The position numbers and the translations under genes were made by a program. This document shows, in pieces, positions 10,010-12,197 of a DNA stretch of 12,197 bases. Source of the stretch: a virus (lineage: Duplodnaviria; Heunggongvirae; Uroviricota; Caudoviricetes); IMG/VR virus record IMGVR_UViG_2778261689_000011, positions 1-12,197 of that record; one strand, 5' to 3'. Below the pieces are notes generated by a model. It was not told the DNA's origin, searched no databases, and saw only the letters and a list, made by a program, of their open reading frames with translations. Within the stretch, counting starts at the first letter, position 1. Each line of letters starts with the position of its first letter.

Positions 10010-10547
10010 ACATCGCCGCTACCGGAGCAAGGATGGTATACATCCTTGCTTTATCGAGACTCGTGCGGATTTTCTCATTTTCCAACAGTAACTCTCTTGC
10101 TGTATCACTCAAGTCAACAAGGCGATACCTTCGTATAAGCGGCAATAACTTATCAGGTCCTAAATATCCTGCATCAGCGAATATTTTAAAGCTCGAGGGC
10201 TCCATATCCTTATATTTTTCATGATATAGATGATCAGGAGGGGCATTGATCAGGCCCCTAACCTTCACAGATAAACCAGTACATACCAAGTAAATGGCGC
10301 ACCATGTCCATAGTAATGTAAATGTGGTAATTCCGGCGGTGAGAAAATCGAAATTAGTTTTCTGTGTCAGCAATAAAAAAGATGAACCAATTCCAACAAT
10401 CTGAATGTTCAGAAGTTTGTATCCATTCTCAACATTGGTTTTGTTAGAAAGATGAATCTCTCGTATCGTCTCTTCCCCTTGTTTTTCAAGATAATCGACG
10501 AGCTCATCATCTACTCCTAAAAAATAATCTTTAGGTAGTTCTCTCAT
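9978..10547 (-). CDS. Uncharacterised membrane protein (189 aa) encoded by an AT-rich moron inserted between the Q antiterminator and the holin
   Basis: ATG at 10545-10547 with SD GGAGGT immediately upstream; 570-bp ORF in AT-rich DNA. Predicted hydrophobic helices at roughly aa 70-95 and 170-189. Terminators on both sides (10655-10685 and 9724-9753). No family recognised. Confidence 0.6.
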   Translation of the reverse strand: MRELPKDYFLGVDDELVDYLEKQGEETIREIHLSNKTNVENGYKLLNIQIVGIGSSFLLLTQKTNFDFLTAGITTFTLLWTWCAIYLVCTGLSVKVRGLINAPPDHLYHEKYKDMEPSSFKIFADAGYLGPDKLLPLIRRYRLVDLSDTARELLLENEKIRTSLDKARMYTILAPVAAMFISAVFLYVQ

Positions 10548-10654
10548 CTCACCTCCACATCCTGTACTGAAAACAATTTTACCAGAATGTCTCGATTCTA
10601 GGTATTCCGCCAGGAATCGCGCTCCAGAAATGAAACATCAGGTTCGCCAGTACC

Positions 10655-10685
10655 AGAAACAACAAAACCCGCTCAATGGCGGGTT
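10655..10685 (-). terminator. Rho-independent terminator about 85 bp downstream of the Q gene (tR'-like position)
   Basis: 7-bp stem aacccgc (10666-10672) / gcgggtt (10679-10685), loop tcaatg, followed on the minus strand by TTTTGTTGTTT. Confidence 0.6.
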
Positions 10686-10768
10686 CTGGTAAAGTTCATG
10701 CGCTTGGTTCGCCTCGCGATACAGCTTTGCGAAGCATACCGGAATTGAAGCAGTTTATGCGTAAAAAA
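10686..10768 (-). promoter_or_regulatory. Putative late promoter (pR'-like) and Q-utilisation region between the Q stop and the first terminator
   Basis: Position only: in lambdoid phages pR' and qut lie directly downstream of Q and upstream of tR'. Candidate minus-strand hexamers (TTGATT ... TTCAAT) are weak and not confidently assignable. Confidence 0.3.
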
Positions 10769-11311
10769 TCAAGCTATTTTTTGAGCAAATGATTCTCGCA
10801 TGGGAATATATAGGGCATACTCAGCAACAGCCAACCAATTAGCAATTCGCTTTTCGCATGTGCTAAAACACCACTCAGGATGTGCATCATTTAGCAATTC
10901 AGCCATTTTGCGCTTAGTCATCCCCCGTCCTTCATACCGTTGCCGGAGGACACTAATCAATCCAGGATGCTCTGCCAGCACCTCACTTATGACTCTATCA
11001 ATACATAACGCCTCTGCATCAGTACAATGCGCCAGCCAGGTCTTTTGCTTGCCATTGATCATCTCTCGCAAAAACGCTTCCAGCTCAGGTTTCTCTATTC
11101 CCGCTTTTTTCATCCTGCGCAGGGCTTCATTGACGGCTGTTTTCGTCAATTTTTTGGATGCCAGCAACTGGTTAAACATATTTCCCGTCTTACCGCCGCC
11201 AATATACGACCAGCGCCCCCACATGCGCAGTTTTCCCTGAATCCAGACACTTTCCAGCGTGGTGAGACGAAGGTGTTCCCCGCTTTTGCCTGTATTTGTT
11301 GGGTAAATCAT
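10769..11311 (-). CDS. Putative late-gene antitermination protein Q (non-lambda Q family), 180 aa
   Basis: ATG at 11309-11311 with SD AAGGAAGG, overlapping the upstream gene's stop as ATGA. Lies between the YbcO-like nin gene and the terminator/lysis cassette. N-terminal ...LRMWGRWSY... resembles the LE(K/R)WG-W motif of Q21/QuuD-type antiterminators. Family assignment from memory and position only. The ORF-track start at 11431 would overlap the upstream gene and is unlikely. Confidence 0.6.
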   Translation of the reverse strand: MIYPTNTGKSGEHLRLTTLESVWIQGKLRMWGRWSYIGGGKTGNMFNQLLASKKLTKTAVNEALRRMKKAGIEKPELEAFLREMINGKQKTWLAHCTDAEALCIDRVISEVLAEHPGLISVLRQRYEGRGMTKRKMAELLNDAHPEWCFSTCEKRIANWLAVAEYALYIPMRESFAQKIA

Positions 11312-11598
11312 AAATAACCTTCCTTTCTCCAGATTTCTTGTGTGCGAAAAACACCTTCTGCATGCATCAGGCGTAATTCTTCTTTGGTGTAATCGCTGGT
11401 TTTTACCCGCCCGTCGATTAAATCGTGGCATGAGCTACAGGCAATCGCTGCCTGCATATCGTGTGGTTTTGTCGCTGTTCCGCACGTCCCCGCCAGCCTG
11501 TAATGCGCCAGCACAGAGGTTTCGGGATTGTGATTGCAGTAGCCAGGGATTCTGATCTGGCACATCTGGCCTTTAGCCGCTTTACGTAAATTCACCAT
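11308..11598 (-). CDS. YbcO-like DUF1364 protein (putative zinc-binding nuclease of the lambdoid nin region), 96 aa
   Basis: Translation MVNLRKAAKGQMCQIRIPGYCNHNPETSVLAHYRLAGTCGTATKPHDMQAAIACSSCHDLIDGR... with the Cys pattern and CQ(I/V)RIPG motif recalled for YbcO. ATG at 11596-11598 overlaps the upstream stop as TAATG. Confidence 0.8.
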   Translation of the reverse strand: MVNLRKAAKGQMCQIRIPGYCNHNPETSVLAHYRLAGTCGTATKPHDMQAAIACSSCHDLIDGRVKTSDYTKEELRLMHAEGVFRTQEIWRKEGYL

Positions 11599-12197
11599 TA
11601 CGCAAACTCCAGTAGTTGTGCGGCCACATTTTCAACTTCCTCCTGAGAGGAGAATTTACGGAACAGAATCCAGTTCCACAGCACATTCAGAACAGATTTA
11701 TAAACCTGCTGAAACTCGGTTTCGTCCATATTCGCAAACGCGATGGATTTCGCCCTGCGCCCACGGCTACCTTCCGGATAAATATGCTCGGTGTAAAATC
11801 CGGCCTGAATGGTTACCCACTCGCGGAAAGCCTCAAACGACTTTAGCAATGCCGTATCCCGAGTTCTGCGTGTCGCAACTGTATTTAGATATTGCTCTGC
11901 GGCATCACTCAGGGCTGGTGTGTGTTCCCGACCAACTGATTCGCACAAGTAATCCACGAAACCAGACAGCAGTTCTCGTTCGCGAGGTGTGATCGCCCCA
12001 CCGACCGGAGTCCAGTAATCGAATCCCAGTTGCAGGAGTTTGAAAAAACGCTTGTGGAATGCGTAGTTACGCACACGCTTAAAGTCTGCGTGTATCCACT
12101 CACCTATTTTGATTTGATGCAGAAAATCGCAACTCTCCGGCGTCGCCGGGAGAAGTAAACCAGAAGAGGTTTGTTTGACCAGTTGTATATGCGCCAT
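11598..12197 (-). CDS. Lambdoid nin-region protein, possibly DUF1367 family; the start codon coincides with the window edge, so the 5' end may be truncated
   Basis: 199-codon ORF ending TAA at 11598-11600, tightly coupled to the downstream gene. ATG is the complement of 12195-12197 at the very end of the window. Family assignment is tentative, from gene order and recollection. Confidence 0.65.
   Translation of the reverse strand: MAHIQLVKQTSSGLLLPATPESCDFLHQIKIGEWIHADFKRVRNYAFHKRFFKLLQLGFDYWTPVGGAITPRERELLSGFVDYLCESVGREHTPALSDAAEQYLNTVATRRTRDTALLKSFEAFREWVTIQAGFYTEHIYPEGSRGRRAKSIAFANMDETEFQQVYKSVLNVLWNWILFRKFSSQEEVENVAAQLLEFA

Noticed and set aside
10800-11555. Plus-strand ORFs 10800..11240, 11027..11317 and 11340..11555 opposite the Q and YbcO-like genes
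   Set aside because: Antisense to tightly coupled minus-strand genes with good ribosome-binding sites and start/stop overlaps; no ribosome-binding site or motif support.
11616-11992. Plus-strand ORFs 11616..11846 and 11618..11992 (and minus 11909..12103) overlapping the 199-aa nin-region gene
   Set aside because: Shadow frames of the 199-codon minus-strand ORF, which is the longest and is translationally coupled to the downstream gene.

Overview
This window reads as a segment of a defective lambdoid (Rac-like) enterobacterial prophage, with nearly all genes on the minus strand. From right to left: nin-region genes (DUF1367-like, YbcO/DUF1364-like), a Q-type antiterminator, an intrinsic terminator, an AT-rich uncharacterised membrane-protein moron with its own terminator, then a lambda-type lysis cassette (dual-start holin, R endolysin, Rz with embedded Rz1). 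Next come the AT-rich potassium-transporter moron trkG, a ParB-like nuclease gene split into overlapping frames, a tail tape-measure N-terminal fragment, a truncated IS5-family element on the plus strand, a Lom C-terminal remnant, and a long side tail fiber gene (stf) that runs off the left edge. The terminase, portal, capsid and most tail genes are absent, so the element is almost certainly cryptic. The most interesting candidate for something undescribed is the membrane-protein moron between Q and the holin, together with a convergent, overlapping small ORF. The tail fiber carries an Ala/Ser/Thr-rich low-complexity tract and seven C-terminal HxH motifs. No rRNA, tRNA or CRISPR array was seen. 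All identifications rest on reading the sequence and recalled protein families; no database search was run.
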